From Salpingoeca rosetta (Eukaryota > Protista > Choanoflagellata), in NCBI GenBank assembly GCA_033442325.1, contig JAWQFM010000007.1:1166990-1230989 (forward strand): a stretch of 64,000 bases of DNA, written 5' to 3'. The notes beneath the pieces were generated by a model. It had not been told where the DNA came from. It searched no databases and saw only the letters and a list, made by a program, of their open reading frames with translations. Below, one piece after another: positions 1 to 20,958 of the stretch. Every line of letters begins with the position of its first letter. The stretch's first letter is position 1. The translations under genes and the position numbers were made by a program.

Positions 1-699
1 TGCGGTGAGGCTCGGCACTCCACACTGCCGGGTGTGTGTGTGTGTGTGTACCTCTTTGCAATTGTCAAACAGATAGATCAGACGGACAGGGGGAGGACGA
101 CTGGGTGTGCTTCACAATTCACTTGCTCACTGCGTTCTTTGCTTGTTCTTTGCTTGTTCTTTGCTCGCTTCAGAGGTGTCCCAGTGTCTCAAGACGTGCT
201 GCAACTGCAGCGAACCGGCTGGTCACTGATCCACAGGTGCTCCAGGACAAAGTGGACGCATGGAAGGGGCCCTACACGCCTGGTGCGCTTCCGCAACGTG
301 TCTTGTCATGGTATCACCCCGTCTGTATCTCTCAAAAGTATCGCTCGAGACCCCTTGCTGTGCCTGTGTGTGCCTGCATGTCAGGGCCGTGAATGGCCTT
401 TCATGGTGTCCCGCCGATCACGGTATTGCTCTTGGATGGCGCTGTGCGTTGTTGAATGAGGCAGGCCCACTGACGGAGGCGGAGTTTGAACAGTTCTTCA
501 CAGACGGGTTTGTCCTGAAACGTGATATTCTCACACCCGATCTCCTCCACGCTGCGCAAGGCGAAGTGGAAAAGGTGTGTGTGTGTGCGTGTGTGTTTGT
601 GTTTGTTTGTGCGTGTGTGTGTGTGTGTGTGTGTGTGCTTTTGTGTGTGTGTGTGCTTTTGTGTGTGTGTGTGTGTGTGCTTTTGTGTGTGTGTGTGTG

Positions 700-787
<88 letters not shown>

Positions 788-1692
788 TACCCGCGTGGAC
801 TCATGCGCTCAAGCGTCGGGTTGCACACACTGGCATACACTGGCTTTGATTTGCCCAACTGCTTTCTCTCTTCCAATATAACTTTCCCTTATATACTTAT
901 CCATCCCAATTCCTTCCCTTCACCGTGCCAGGAAGTGGACGAGGTTGCTCGCGCCCTATTTGCAGCGGGAAAGATCACGGTGTGCTTGCACTTGCGCCAA
1001 CAGTGTCTTATTGAGTGGATCGAGTGCTTGTGTTCCCCTGCTGTTGGCATTGCCTGTGTCATTTGGCTTTGCCTCGCGGGCGATGTCTCTGTCAACACCG
1101 CCCATCCCATCCTGCTCTTGCCAATTCGCCACACTCTCAGTGACATTATGTCATGTTATGCTCCACTGCGACGTGTCATCGCAACACGCATGTATGCCTT
1201 CACCGTGACACCAGGATTTGTGTGAGAAGGAGGGCTTCTTTTCCCGCTTGACTGCGTTGGAGAAGCAGTTTCCACACGTCTCTGTTCTTCTTCATAAGCG
1301 AGGCGTTCTTCGCCCAGGCGTGCGGCAGTGAGTCTCACGCACACCTGCGAAACAGCTCTGACTTTAACCACACGACCACCGTTGCTGTGCAATTCACCCT
1401 TCGTTGTTGCTCATGGCAATGAATGTGTTCACTCCGAGTCCACCACTGTTCTCTTCGCCTCCGTCTTTCTTCAGGCTGTGGTCTGCACCGGTGCTGCTCG
1501 ACATTGCACAGCAAATCATCGGCCCCGACATTGCGGCACATCCCGTGTGGAACCTGCGTTGCAAGGTGTGCATGTGGGAGTGTGTGTGAGTTTGTGTGTG
1601 TTCATGTGCGTGTGAGTACATTTGTTGTGTTTGTGTGACACAGAGAGTGTGTATGTGCGTGTGTGCGTGTGCGTGTGTGCGTGTGCGTGTGC

Positions 1693-1742
<50 letters not shown>

Positions 1743-3105
1743 CTTGAGAATGCATTCCTTGGCTTTGGCGTACTTCTTTTCTGTGGTGCGTATTGACTGC
1801 CGTCCTGTTACTTGGCTGCTGCTCTGAATCATCTAGACCCCACAGCAAGAGCAAGCCACCGTGCCATGGCACCAAGACATTGCGTACCTGGACGAAGAGT
1901 GCTGGTCAACGCTGCAGGTCTGTCATCTTCTTACTTTGACGAAAAGACTTCGAGGGGAAGTCTTTGGCTCCATCAACACACACACACACATGTGCACACA
2001 CACATGTGCTCACGTACACAGACACACACACACACACATGCACACACGCACACGCGCACACACACATGCACACACGCACACGCGCACACACACAATTTGA
2101 TTAGTTGACGGCGTGGGTTCCGCTGTTGGATGCAAACGAGGAGAATGGCTGCATGCAAGTTGTTCGTGGTGGCCACAGGACCGGAAGAGCAGCGCACCAC
2201 ACATGCTGTGCGGGGGGCACCTGGTACGTTTTTGTGTGCACCTGTTTACGTGTCTCAGTGTGTGTGCATGTTGATGTGCGTTGACGTGTGTTGATGTGTG
2301 TTGATGTTACTGTGTGTTGCTGTGTGTTCCTATTTATGTGCGCATGTTGATGTGTGTTGACGTGTTGACGTGTTGGCTCCATGTTGCTGGCTCCTGCTTG
2401 TGATGGCGTATTGTCTGGCGTGATGTTAACTTGAGCGACCAACCCCCACCCCCGGACTGCTGTTGCTGCTCTTACAGGTATGTGGACTTGCCGGAGGAGC
2501 AGATAGAGGATGTGCTGGAGTGCAACATGGCGACGGATGTCGTCACTTGTCCAGTGCCAAAGGGCTCCGTGCTGCTCCTCAACAACCTCATCCCACACCG
2601 CTCCCTCAACAACATGTCCCCAAACATTCGCTGGAGCTTTGATCTGCGGTGGCAGAGCCCCCATGAGCCAACGGGCTTTTGTACGTGTCCATGGTTGTGC
2701 GTTGCTGTGTGGTTGCATGTGTCAGTGTCTGCATGCATCCGTGCATCTGCGTGTGCTCGCCTGGTTGAGTGTGCTTGGTGCGCTTGTTTGTGATGGTCCT
2801 TGTTTGTGATGATGTTTGTGGCAGTGGTGGTAAGCGCCATGCACTGCCACGGCCTTTTCCCATTGCTGCACGCAACTCACTCTACATTGTCATGCACATG
2901 TGTGCATGTGTGGCTGCAGCCGGGATCAAGGAAACCTTACCGATGCGCATGGGCGGCAACAAGGACTTCAACATCAACTGGGACAAGTGGGCACGGGAGG
3001 TGAGCGCAACGGCACTGCCATCAGCGTTAAAGAGATTATGTTGGCTGTTGTTCCACATGCGAACAGCTTTGCTCATGCCACGCGTGTGTGTGCGTGCGTC
3101 ATCAT

Positions 3106-3179
<74 letters not shown>

Positions 3180-3385
3180 AGCAGGATCGCCACACGGGCA
3201 TGACTGAGGCTGCACAACGCAGATCAGCGGCAGCAGGCGCGGACGGGACCAGAGAGAACACCACGAGCAGTGATGACGAGAAGGAGTTTGACACAACCAT
3301 TGTTGGGCCGTGGATGCACCGCTGGCCAATCACACACCACAACCGACACACGCGCGCCCTGATGCGCAGCTCAAACAACACGTGA
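1..3385 (+). CDS. Phytanoyl-CoA dioxygenase (PhyH)-family Fe(II)/2-oxoglutarate dioxygenase, multi-exon, 5' end outside window
   Basis: Stitched exons (~1-31, 174-297, 465-574, 932-979, ~1215-1325, ~1475-1566, 1837-1917, 2105-2224, 2479-2681, 2920-2999, 3185-3385) give [54 protein letters not shown] (HxD), [24 protein letters not shown] and [31 protein letters not shown] (distal His and 2OG-binding Arg). Confidence 0.9.
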
Positions 3386-3531
3386 ACAACACATGTGAGA
3401 CATGATGTGAGACATGTTTTGAACACATCTTCAGTGTCCGTGTGCGTGTCAACCAACGAACAACCACCTGCTGCTCATAAACGAACGAACGCCCACTCGC
3501 TTGCATGTGAAAAGCGGACATCACCAACACG

Positions 3532-3700
3532 ATGAGCGAGGTTGAGGATGCTTATGGTGGCGTGTACGAAGACGTGTTGGAGAGTGACTCAGACACAGAC
3601 TCGGACGCCTCATTGGTGGGTGTGTGTTGCAGCAGCCATGTGTGTGTGTGTGTGTGCGTGTGTGTGAGTGTGTGTGGGCGAGAGAGCGAGTGTGCGTGTG

Positions 3701-3768
<68 letters not shown>

Positions 3769-3805
3769 CGAGAGAGCGAGTGTGCGTGTGCTTTTGTGTG
3801 TGTGT

Positions 3806-3836
<31 letters not shown>

Positions 3837-5595
3837 AGTGTCAGTGTGTGTGTGTGTGTATGTATTGCGTTTACATCTGCTCACCAGTGTGCTCGCGCCT
3901 GATGCTGTTGGTGAGCAGGATGAGCTGCCAGCGGAGTGGCCGCCCGCATATGCTCGTACAGAAACGGGCGAGGGAAGTGACAGCGATACGCAGGATGCAG
4001 AGACACGCACGCCACAGCAGGAGGAAGAGGATGGACCCGTAGCGGAGGAGGTTAAGGCGAGCGCACAAGGCAAGAACGACGAAGCCGTGCTCGCGTCGAA
4101 GGTGGTCGGACGGGATGATGCGGCGAATGCCAGTGGGCAGGCAGTGAGGGAAGGCGACGACGATGCAAGTACGAAGGCAACAGGCGCCAGCAACACAGAC
4201 ACCGATACCGCCGAGGACAGCAAGGAGCAGGTCAACGCTGACGATGCTCAAGATGCTGAAGCTGGTGGAGATGCTGTTGACCCGTCATCCAAATGGAAGG
4301 ACATCCTTGCCCGCTGCCGCGCTCTCGGGCTTCCAACGTGCGAAACCTGTATGCGTGTGTGTCTGTGTGTCTGTGTGTGTGTGTGTGTCTGTGTGTGTGT
4401 GTGTCTGTGTGTGTCTGTGTGTGTCTGTGTGTGTCTGTGTGTGTCTGTGTGTGTCTGTGTGTGTGTGTGTGCAAAGGCACCTCGCCTGCTAACCCTTGCG
4501 GCGTGGTTCATCTGCGTCTGTTCATTCAGTGAGGCGAACGTATCTGAGTACGACCGCACCCTCATCCACTGCACCTTGCGCATGCAAGACCACAAGACAG
4601 GTGTGTTGGTGTGTGTTGCGTGCTTGCACCGTCTATTGATTTGTCCTTCGTGCACTCATGTATGTGGTCGGTGGCTTGCTTCTCTAATGCTTGCTTGCTT
4701 GCTTGCTCATGCAATGTGCCATCTCACCTTTGGCGAGCTTGCTTGTGCGTGTGCGTGTGCGTGTGCGTGTGGCGTTGCATTGCCTCCAGGTGCGACAACC
4801 AAGACGGCCGTGGTGCGTTCATTGAAGGATATGGAGGGTGTGTTGAAGCAGGTCGAAGATCACTACTCCCCTGCAGGATGGACGCTTGTGTGGTGCGAAG
4901 ACCTCTCACGGCACTATTACATCAACAAGGACACAGGTGGGCAAGGCTGCGCATGTGCTTGCGTGTGTTTGGAGGAAGGGGGGGGGCAAAGGGGTTGCTT
5001 GGTTGATTCGGGTGTTGTGTACAAAGTTGTGTGTGTGTGTGTGTGTGTGTGTGGTGGTATGTGTGTGTGTGTGCCTGGTGTACTTGTGTGTGTGTGTGTG
5101 CCTGGTGTACTTGTGTGTGTGTGTGTGTGCCTGGTGTACTTGTGTGTAAGTGGCTGGTGTGCTTGTGTGTGTAAGTGTATGTGCAAGTGGGCCATGCCAG
5201 GCCTTTCGGTGTTACATCATCCTCACTGAAAGCAACATGTACTCAGGGGCAACGAGTTGGGAGGTCCCTTCATCGTCAACACAAGCGAGTACTGACGGGA
5301 GCTCACAACCTGCGGCGAAACGCAGCAAGCGCGCCGACGTCGCCGTCATGCCACGCTCTCGTCGCTCGTACGTGCCCTGACTTCTTTGACTTGCGGCCCT
5401 CTCGCTATCCACACAACACAACACAACACAACACAACACAGCACAACACAACACAACACAACACACGATTGCATGCGAGTGGTGTGTTGTTTGTTCGATT
5501 GTCACACCATTACGAGCTCACGATGTGTGGTATCACTTTGCCGTTTTAGGGCCAAGAAGCTGGCGTCCATCTTCAAGCAGTGGCAATCGTCCTAA
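3532..5595 (+). CDS. WW-domain protein, FNBP4 (formin-binding protein 4)-like
   Basis: Acidic N-terminus, then [69 protein letters not shown]|GATSWEVP (WW domain split by intron ~4937-5246). Last exon is [14 protein letters not shown]. The pre-WW helical block and the C-terminal motif resemble recalled FNBP4 segments. Confidence 0.72.
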
Positions 5596-5819
5596 TGTGG
5601 TGAACGCATCCAGCTCAAGATGCTGTCTCTCTATCGTAACAGATCCCCTCGCCCTTCCCCCTTTCCACCCGCGTGTGTTTCTTGCTTTTGCTCATCATAA
5701 ATGCCTCACACCCAGACCAGGATGCAACCAATGTGACAAAGAAGAGATAGACACACAGAGAATAGGAGAGGAGAGGAGGGAAAGCAGAGAAGGGAGCAGC
5801 AGAGCAAGGACGGCAAGTC

Positions 5820-8800
5820 ATGGTGGTGCTGAGCTGAGCAAAGGGCGACAGACACAACAACACAACACAGGCTGCCATTGCTGAAATTATGTTAAAGATT
5901 TGAGTAAAAATTCTACATTCACCGCCACTCCGCCACTCCAAACAAACCACCAACGTCCCTCATCTTCTTGCTTCAGAGCTCCAGTCACAGCCACCGCCAG
6001 AGCATGCCTGCAGAAGCGGAGACGGAGAAGCAGCTGTGGACGTCCATCCTCAACGATGTGACGGCACACACGCGCACGCGCCACTTGCCCAAGCGCCATG
6101 TCGTCGTTCTTGGTGGGAATGCAGCTGCCTTTTTGTTTTGAGACTGGGGGTGTGAGTGTGAGCGTGTGAGTGTGTGAGTATGAGTGTGTGAGTGTGTGAG
6201 TATGAGTGTGTGAGTGTGTGAGTGAGTATGGGTGTGAGTGTGTGAGTGTGTGAGTGTGAGTAAGTGAGTGAGTATGGGTGTGAGTGTGAGAGTGTGTGAG
6301 TGTGAGTGTTTGTTTGGTTTGGGTGCGAGTTTCCTCGCACATGACGGACAAGAGATCATGTCAGATTCGGGCACCATCAAACACAAGCACACAATCACAC
6401 CATCACACACGCAAATGCACACACAAACACAAGCACACAATCATACACGCAAATGCACACACATACACAAGCACACAATCACACACACGCACACATACCT
6501 TGTGTGCCATTCGTTCCATCCACACTCACCTTCGGCATCGTCGGTCCACTGTAGGTGATGAGGGCAGCGGCAAGTCGTCTTTGATCGCACGGCTGCAAGG
6601 CAAACCATACAACCCAGAGGATCACCCGCTCGGAACGGGTCTTGAATACACATACATCGACGTCAAAGACGAAGAGACGGAAGGTGCGGGTGCTCGTGAC
6701 GTTGTATGTGGCTTTGTGTGTGTGTGTGTGTGTGTTGTGTGTTGTGTGTTGTGTGCAAGTGTACGCGACCGTGTGTAATCGCGTTCCTTGTGCATATGTA
6801 CACACGCCGGCACGCGTTGAATTCTTGTGTCTGCTGCACGTTCGCCACAATCTCTCTCCCGCACTCCCTCTCACTCACACACGCCCTCCCACGCTCTCTC
6901 GCCCACTCTCACAACATCCTCGCGCTCGCTCACATCCTCCGCTTCTGTGTAGATGTAATTGGCCGTTTGGGGGTGTACACGTTGGATGGCAACGAGCAAC
7001 ACAAAGGCCTCTTGCAGTTTGTTTGCAACGAAGAGCAGCTGGAGAACACGCTCTTCCTCATCTGCCTCGACTACTCCAAACCATGGTGTGTGCGTCATGT
7101 GGAAGCCACGTGCTCTGTTTGCACCCTCACACTCCATCTCGTTTGACATGACATGACACGCCTGCGCCCCTTCCCCCTCCCTTGCTCGCGGTCACGCACG
7201 TACGAGAACCCGCAGCTGCCATCCTTTCTCATGCAACCTTGTCCATCTCGTTGTGTTTGCCGTGACCTTCTGCACCTCAAAGGAATCTGCTTTCGAGCCT
7301 GGAGCGATGGGTCGATGTCATGTCCAACTACCTCAGCCAATTCGAAGGATCAGAGACCATGGACAAACTCAAGGCAGACCGTGAGTGCCACACGTTTGCC
7401 CTGATGCTTATGCTTTCACGGCCAGCGGACATGCATGCGCGCTGGTGTGTATGTGTGGGGAGGGGGATAAGCGTTGGCGACAGTTCCCCTGTCAGCTCTC
7501 ACTTTTGATGCGTGTATGTGTTTCACGCGTGTATACATGTATGTGTGTGTGATTTGCTCTTTTTGTGCCCAACCAACAGTGAAGCTGTACTTTCAGAAGT
7601 TCACAGAGCCTGGTGAATCGAACGAAGAGGGTCGAGACGACGACGATGATGACGACGACACGCTGCTGCCGCTCGAGGAACACGTGCTCACCGTCAACTT
7701 TGGCGTGCCCGTTGTTGTCGTCCTCACAAAGGTGCGTGCAATGTGTGTATGTGTTTGGGTGTTGTTGTTTGTTTGTACATGCGTCTGCATGCACCTCTGT
7801 GTGTGTGTGTGTGTGCTCTTGTTGCTTGTAGATTTGTCTGGATGTATCTGTGTACATGTGAGAGTGCTTGTGTGTGCGTCATGGATGAAGAGAGCCCAGC
7901 CTTGCTGTACGTGCGACCAACCGACTCACGGGCTGACTCGCGGACCGGCCTGACTTGCGTGCCACGTGCCCCCATTCGTTGCACCAGTGCGATGCAATGC
8001 CAACACTGCGCAAAGACCACGACCTGCAGGGCCAGCACTTTGACTTTATCCAGATGAAGATCCGGTGAGTGGCGGTGGCGGCTGCTGCAACGACTGCTTG
8101 TTCTCGTGTGGCTGCGCCCAATTCGTTTCGTGCTCGCAGTGCAATGAAAAGCCAATGCCCAATGAATGCTTGCGCCCTGTTTCTTTACCGTTGCTCCCAT
8201 TTGCATGCGTGCCATGCCACGCTTTGTTTTTCAATTCACACACACACACACACGCACACACACGCACACACATGTGCGCAGGGAGTTTTGCATGACGTAT
8301 GGCGCTGCTGTTGTGTACACGGGTCGTGACGGCACGAACAAGGACCGCCTGTATCGGTACCTCCTCCATCGCGCATACCAGTTCCCGCTCAAGGACCCAG
8401 CAGACATCACAAAGCCAGAGACAACATTCATCCCCAGCGGTACGCACGGCTGCACCGCACCGCACTTCGCATGCGTACGCGTATGCGTATGCGTGTGTAT
8501 TCTCATGTGGGGCGTGCATGCCCGTGTACAAGTGACTACACTTTGTTGCAGCGAGCGAGCGACGGCTTCCTTGACAGTGTCTCTTTTGCTTTTGCTGTGC
8601 ATGACATGCTGTGAGTGAGTGCCTTGACCCCCGTCTCCATCACCACCATGTGCCACCATGTGCCACAGCGTGGGACAGCATGGCGAAGATCAGCGTGCTG
8701 CGAGGTCATTCGCGCTCCCATCCAGCAAAAGGTCAGCAGCGGGTGGTTTCAGGCAGTGTTATTGTGTGTGTGTGTGTGTGTCTGTGTCTGTGTCTGTGCG

Positions 8801-10078
8801 TGTCTGCGTCTGTGTCTATGTGTGCGTGTGCGTGCGTGAGTGCGTGCGTGTGTCTGTGTCTGTGTATGTGTCTGTGTGTGTGTGCGTGTGTTATTTCCTT
8901 CCACCTGTTCGTGCTCCCTGCGCTTTTGCTGTGCGTTTCTTTGTGCTGTTCCACCCAGCGTCTTATTCCTTTTTTGTCTCATTTCGCCTGCTTCAACTCC
9001 CCCTCCTTCTCCTCCGTTGTCTCCGATGATCACTTCCGCCAGTTCAAAGAGGAAGTGGTTGAGGTGCAGGATGAACAGGAGTTTCTGAAGCAACAGCAGG
9101 CTCGCCTCGGTCGCGCCACCAACCTTGTCGACGGCCTCACGCGGCGCGAGTACGTCGCAGCGCGTGTGCTCCCGTGTTAGCTGTGCAGTTGACGCTTTAT
9201 ATTCACGTTCACTATGTCTCTTTGTCGCTCACGAACGCACAAATGCTCACGCACGCACACACGCACACGCACACGCACACACTTGATCCTGCAGGTCGCT
9301 GCGCGTGTCGCGAGGCAGCATGTCGCGGGCGTCTGGTGGAAAGCTCGGCGGCGTGTCGTCCCTGCTCGGCGCCAGCAGCACCAGTGCAGCATCGTCGTCG
9401 CCTGCAGGCAATGGCGCGGGGCAGCAGCCCGTCCCCACCACCACCGCCTCCTCGTCCTCTACCACCACCACCACGCCTGTTGCCACGACTGCATCGTCCA
9501 CAGCCGCCACGGGCGCCGCAGACAGGAGAGCTGGATCCACCAGCCCAACAAAGGCGCCAGCCACCCCGGTACGTGTTTGATTGTTGTGTTTGTGGTTTTG
9601 GTTGTGGTTGTGGTTGTGGTTTTGGTTTTGGTTTTAGTTGTGGTTGTAGATGTGCTGTGCGGTGTTGTTTTTGTGATTGTGTTGTTTGTGTGCTTGAATG
9701 TGGTCATCGTTTTGTGGCTTCGTCTCCTCATGTTTTGACACGCGCGGCTGTGCATGTAGTCCAAAGGCGGTGACGCGAGCCAGAACGACGTGCTTGCAAA
9801 CTTCTTCAACAGCCTGCTGCAGCAGAAGTCGGCGACTCCACAGCGTGGCGATGCTGCCGCTGCTCTTTCCAGGTGAAATGGGCAGTGCATTGACCTTTTG
9901 CGATGCTGCGTTGCTTTGTCATGTGCTGCGTTGTCTTGTCATGTGCTGCGTTGTTCATTGTGCTGTCCCGTCACCTAACCACATACACACATGTGCGCGT
10001 GCACACACACATACACACACAAACTTCCACTCCACTCCCACTCACACACACTCACACATGCGCAGCTTGAAGAAGTGA
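5820..10078 (+). CDS. DYNC1LI: Cytoplasmic dynein 1 light intermediate chain
   Basis: QLWTSILNDV, VVVLGDEGSGKSSLIARLQG (P-loop), GTGLEYTYIDVKDE, YTLDG, LDYSKPW, LTVNFGVPVVVVLTK|CD, HFDFIQMKIRREFCMTYGAAVVYT, FIPSAWDSMAKISVL, and the C-terminal adaptor-binding helix NDVLANFFNSLL. Stop at 10076-10078. Start is either ATG 5820 (micro-exon) or ATG 6004. Confidence 0.95.
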
Positions 10079-10186
10079 AGCTGGCACACAAAGAGCCAAA
10101 CTGCCACCACAACCTGTTCTTTTCCATTCATTTCATTTGTCTGTTGTTGCCACAATTACCACTGCTTGCCGACTGCATGCTGTCGT

Positions 10187-10298
<112 letters not shown>

Positions 10299-10912
10299 CC
10301 ACGCCCTCTCGCTCCTCGCGTCGCTTCGTCATCATCATTGTCATCATTGTGGTCGTATGTGCTTGCGATGATGACTCGACGACAAAAGTGCTGACGCCCC
10401 AAAATAGAAAATTCGTCCATTTTCACCTCAAGTTGACTGGCAGATTGGCTGGAAGGACACCAGCACAAACAGCAGAAGCAGCACAACCATTTCCATCCAC
10501 ACACAACACACAGCACAACACAAACAGCGGTGGTGAGTTGGATGTGTCCTTGTGTTGGTTTTGTTGTTTGTTGTGCTGATGTCGCACCGCTCCACTGCCT
10601 TTGGTTCCGAAGTGACTGTGTGACATTGTGACTATGGCGATGTGTGTTGCCCTGCGGTGTCTGCTTTCTGCTGCTGGTGTTTTTATGGGCCGTGTTGCGT
10701 TCTCGCAGTGGGTGTGACGTCAATGTGTCCGGTTGTGCAATGTGGGGGAGCGTGATGCTTCTCCCGCAGCTCAAACACGCCGGTGGAGGTGATGAGCTGT
10801 ACAGCCCCCCTCCCCCTTCCACCTCTGCCCTGTGCCCACCTCATCCCACGATTTCCTCTCGGCCTTGATTGCATTCTCACGGGTTTCGAATGTGCCTGCC
10901 TGTCCCTGTTCA

Positions 10913-10949
<37 letters not shown>

Positions 10950-11150
10950 ACAGGAGCGCCAGTCAAGTAACAGCCAACATACGGACAACCCCCCCCCCCA
11001 AAGCGACAGCACCCACGACAGCCAACTCACACCAGGCAAGAAAAGCAGGCAGTTACAATCATCCAAAGCCAATCCACCACACCAACCACAGAAAAGCCCA
11101 TTGAACACCCGAGCCAACCCAACAAGTTCCACCTGTACCAAGCTGACATC

Positions 11151-13473
<2,323 letters not shown>

Positions 13474-13754
13474 GCACTCGTGCAGGGGCAGGCGTGCCAA
13501 TGTAGATGTTGGGGGAGGGGGGAATGTCGATGCACGATGATGGAGTGGTGTTGAGTGTGAAGAGCGTACATGTGGGGTGATATGGTTAGTGCCTGTGCTT
13601 GTGTTTGTATGTGTGTGTGTGTGTGTCGTGTGTTTGTGAGTGCGGTTATGCATACTTCTTCAGTTGGCATACGATGTGTACATTCATTTCTTTCATTCAT
13701 CTGGTCACTGCAACGTGTTGCACTGTTCAAGTCTGGTTTTGGTTTTGTATGTGC

Positions 13755-13822
<68 letters not shown>

Positions 13823-14119
13823 ATGTGTTCTTTGTAGCGCTCTTGTGTTCCCCACCCTCGCTGCCTGCCTTTCTTTCCGTGAGCACCTTCAACAGTAGAC
13901 GTAACACGACATGACATGACTGGGAGGAGTGATGACACCTGGAGCGTAACAGATGATTGTACTTCTCTAATCCTCGCTCCCACCGCAAAACCAACGCAAA
14001 CCAACGAGACACACTGGGCAAACGCAAACGCAAGAGTTGCGGTGTGGTGTGGTGGTGTGAAGTGATGTGTGTGGTGTGGTGTGGTGGTGTGAAGTGTCGT
14101 CATCGCGCCACGTCACCCA

Positions 14120-19144
<5,025 letters not shown>

Positions 19145-19464
19145 CACTGCTGTCTGTCTTTGACTCTCAACGTCGTAAGCCTCCAATCGCAAACAGTTGC
19201 TGGATTGCTCGTGTCTTGTGTCGCCTTGCGTTTGCGTGCGTGGGTTTTGCGTTGCTGTTTGTTGCAGTGGCCAAATTGGATGAATCAGCAGCACAGCTTT
19301 TGATGTTTGACAATCTCAGGACCATGACACTATGACACAGCTTCTCTTGTCCTCCTCCTCCTCTGTCGCACGTCAATCAAGACACACCCGCCTTCACGCA
19401 CACACGCCCACGCGCGCGCACACACACACACACGCGGTTTGCTCTTTGCTGTTTGCTGTTGGGT

Positions 19465-20283
19465 TTACTCTTGGTGCTGGTTCCAGCAGCCCTGCTGCTT
19501 GGTGGGCTTGAACGGGATGTTCTTTGGGTTGAGATCAAAGCGCACAGCCAGCTGCAGCAGCTGCTGCACATCTTCCTCCGGCACCTGCGGCTTTCGCGCC
19601 AACACGTGGAAGCAGTACTGTGATGGCAGTGGTGGGTGCGGCGCAGCGGGGTGAGAACACCGACAAGGAAAGCACATGTTCTCGGGTGCTTGTGCACACG
19701 TACACAGAGTGCATGTGCTCACATGTACACGTACAACAAACAGGTACAACGTTGACACACATGCGCGCGCAACACTGACGTTTGTGATGCCTGCTTCTTG
19801 CCCGCAGTCGTACTCGATGCTGTACTTCTCATCCAAGTAAATCACATTATAGGCGACCTGCAAGGGGAGGGGGGCAACGAGAACACGCACACGTATGAGT
19901 CGATGCAAAAGGCCATGCAAACTGCCGGTGGAACTGCCGAACCGCGGAATCCTCTGCACAGAACAATAGCACACCATTGATTGTTGATTGTTGATTTGAC
20001 ACAAGCCTGTGCTCGCACCTTGGGTGTGAAGGGAAAGAAGCTTTCCGTGAAGCGCGCGGGGTTTGTGGCGTTGGTGTTGGTCAGCGTGCCGTTTGCCACG
20101 ATGGTTTTGCCTGTCACAGTCTTGTCACTGCATGTAACGGACCACACGGAAGAAGTTTAGCGGCAAGTTCCTTTTGGGTCCTCAAGGTCGTTTGGAAAAA
20201 GTCAGACACGCGCGTATGCACGGAACATGAAACGGCGCATTCACACCCACCCACACCCACCCACCCACACCCACCCACCCACC

Positions 20284-20332
<49 letters not shown>

Positions 20333-20958
20333 CTTCTCTCTCTCGCATTCAGTTGTGTTGCACCTGCGATCCAACGACGACGNNNNNNNNNNNNNNNNNN
20401 NNNNNNNNNNNNNNNNNNNNNNNNNNNNNNNNNNNNNNNNNNNNNNNNNNNNNNNNNNNNNNNNNNNNNNNNNNNNNNNNNNTTGAGGTTGGGCCAATCT
20501 CAAGCTGGGTGCACACGCAGTTCTTCTCAAGAACGCCCCACCAGCCGTCTGAATCTTGCCAATCTCATACCTGAACGCAAGGCACAAGATAAACATGGTT
20601 GAGGGTGTGGGTGAGGACACGGCAGGCTGTGAGTCTACAGCACACGCAAAAACAGCTCTTTCTGCACTATACACTTTGTGCTGGCCTTGAGCAAAACATG
20701 TTGCCGATTCGAACACACACACATACACACACATACACACACATATACACACACACATACACTCGCACGCACGCACACATACACTCGCACGCACGCACAG
20801 TTGATGACGAACCACAGGCCGGCATATTTGTCAAGTGTAAAGTTGCGTGCGCCCGGTGGAATCCGACACGGCTCATCTGGCCACGCGACCACAGAAGCAG
20901 CGCCAATCGCCACGAGGGCAACAGCAAGGATGGCAAGGAATTTCTGAACAGCCCTCAT
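19465..20958 (-). CDS. Secreted lipocalin (ApoD/Blc/CHL-like); spans an assembly gap
   Basis: Signal peptide MRAVQKFLAILAVALVAIGAASVVA. SCR1 motif NFTLDKYAGLW|YEIG. Later exons FFPFTPK|VAYNVIYLDEKYSIEYDC and YCFHVLARKP (SCR3 Arg), with terminal helix and Cys. Exons 20958-20813, 20570-gap, 20127-20019, ~19858-19781, ~19618-19465. An apparent 1-nt deletion lies near 20530, close to the gap. Confidence 0.82.
20383..20482. other. Assembly gap (100 N)
   Basis: Run of N characters. Confidence 1.
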
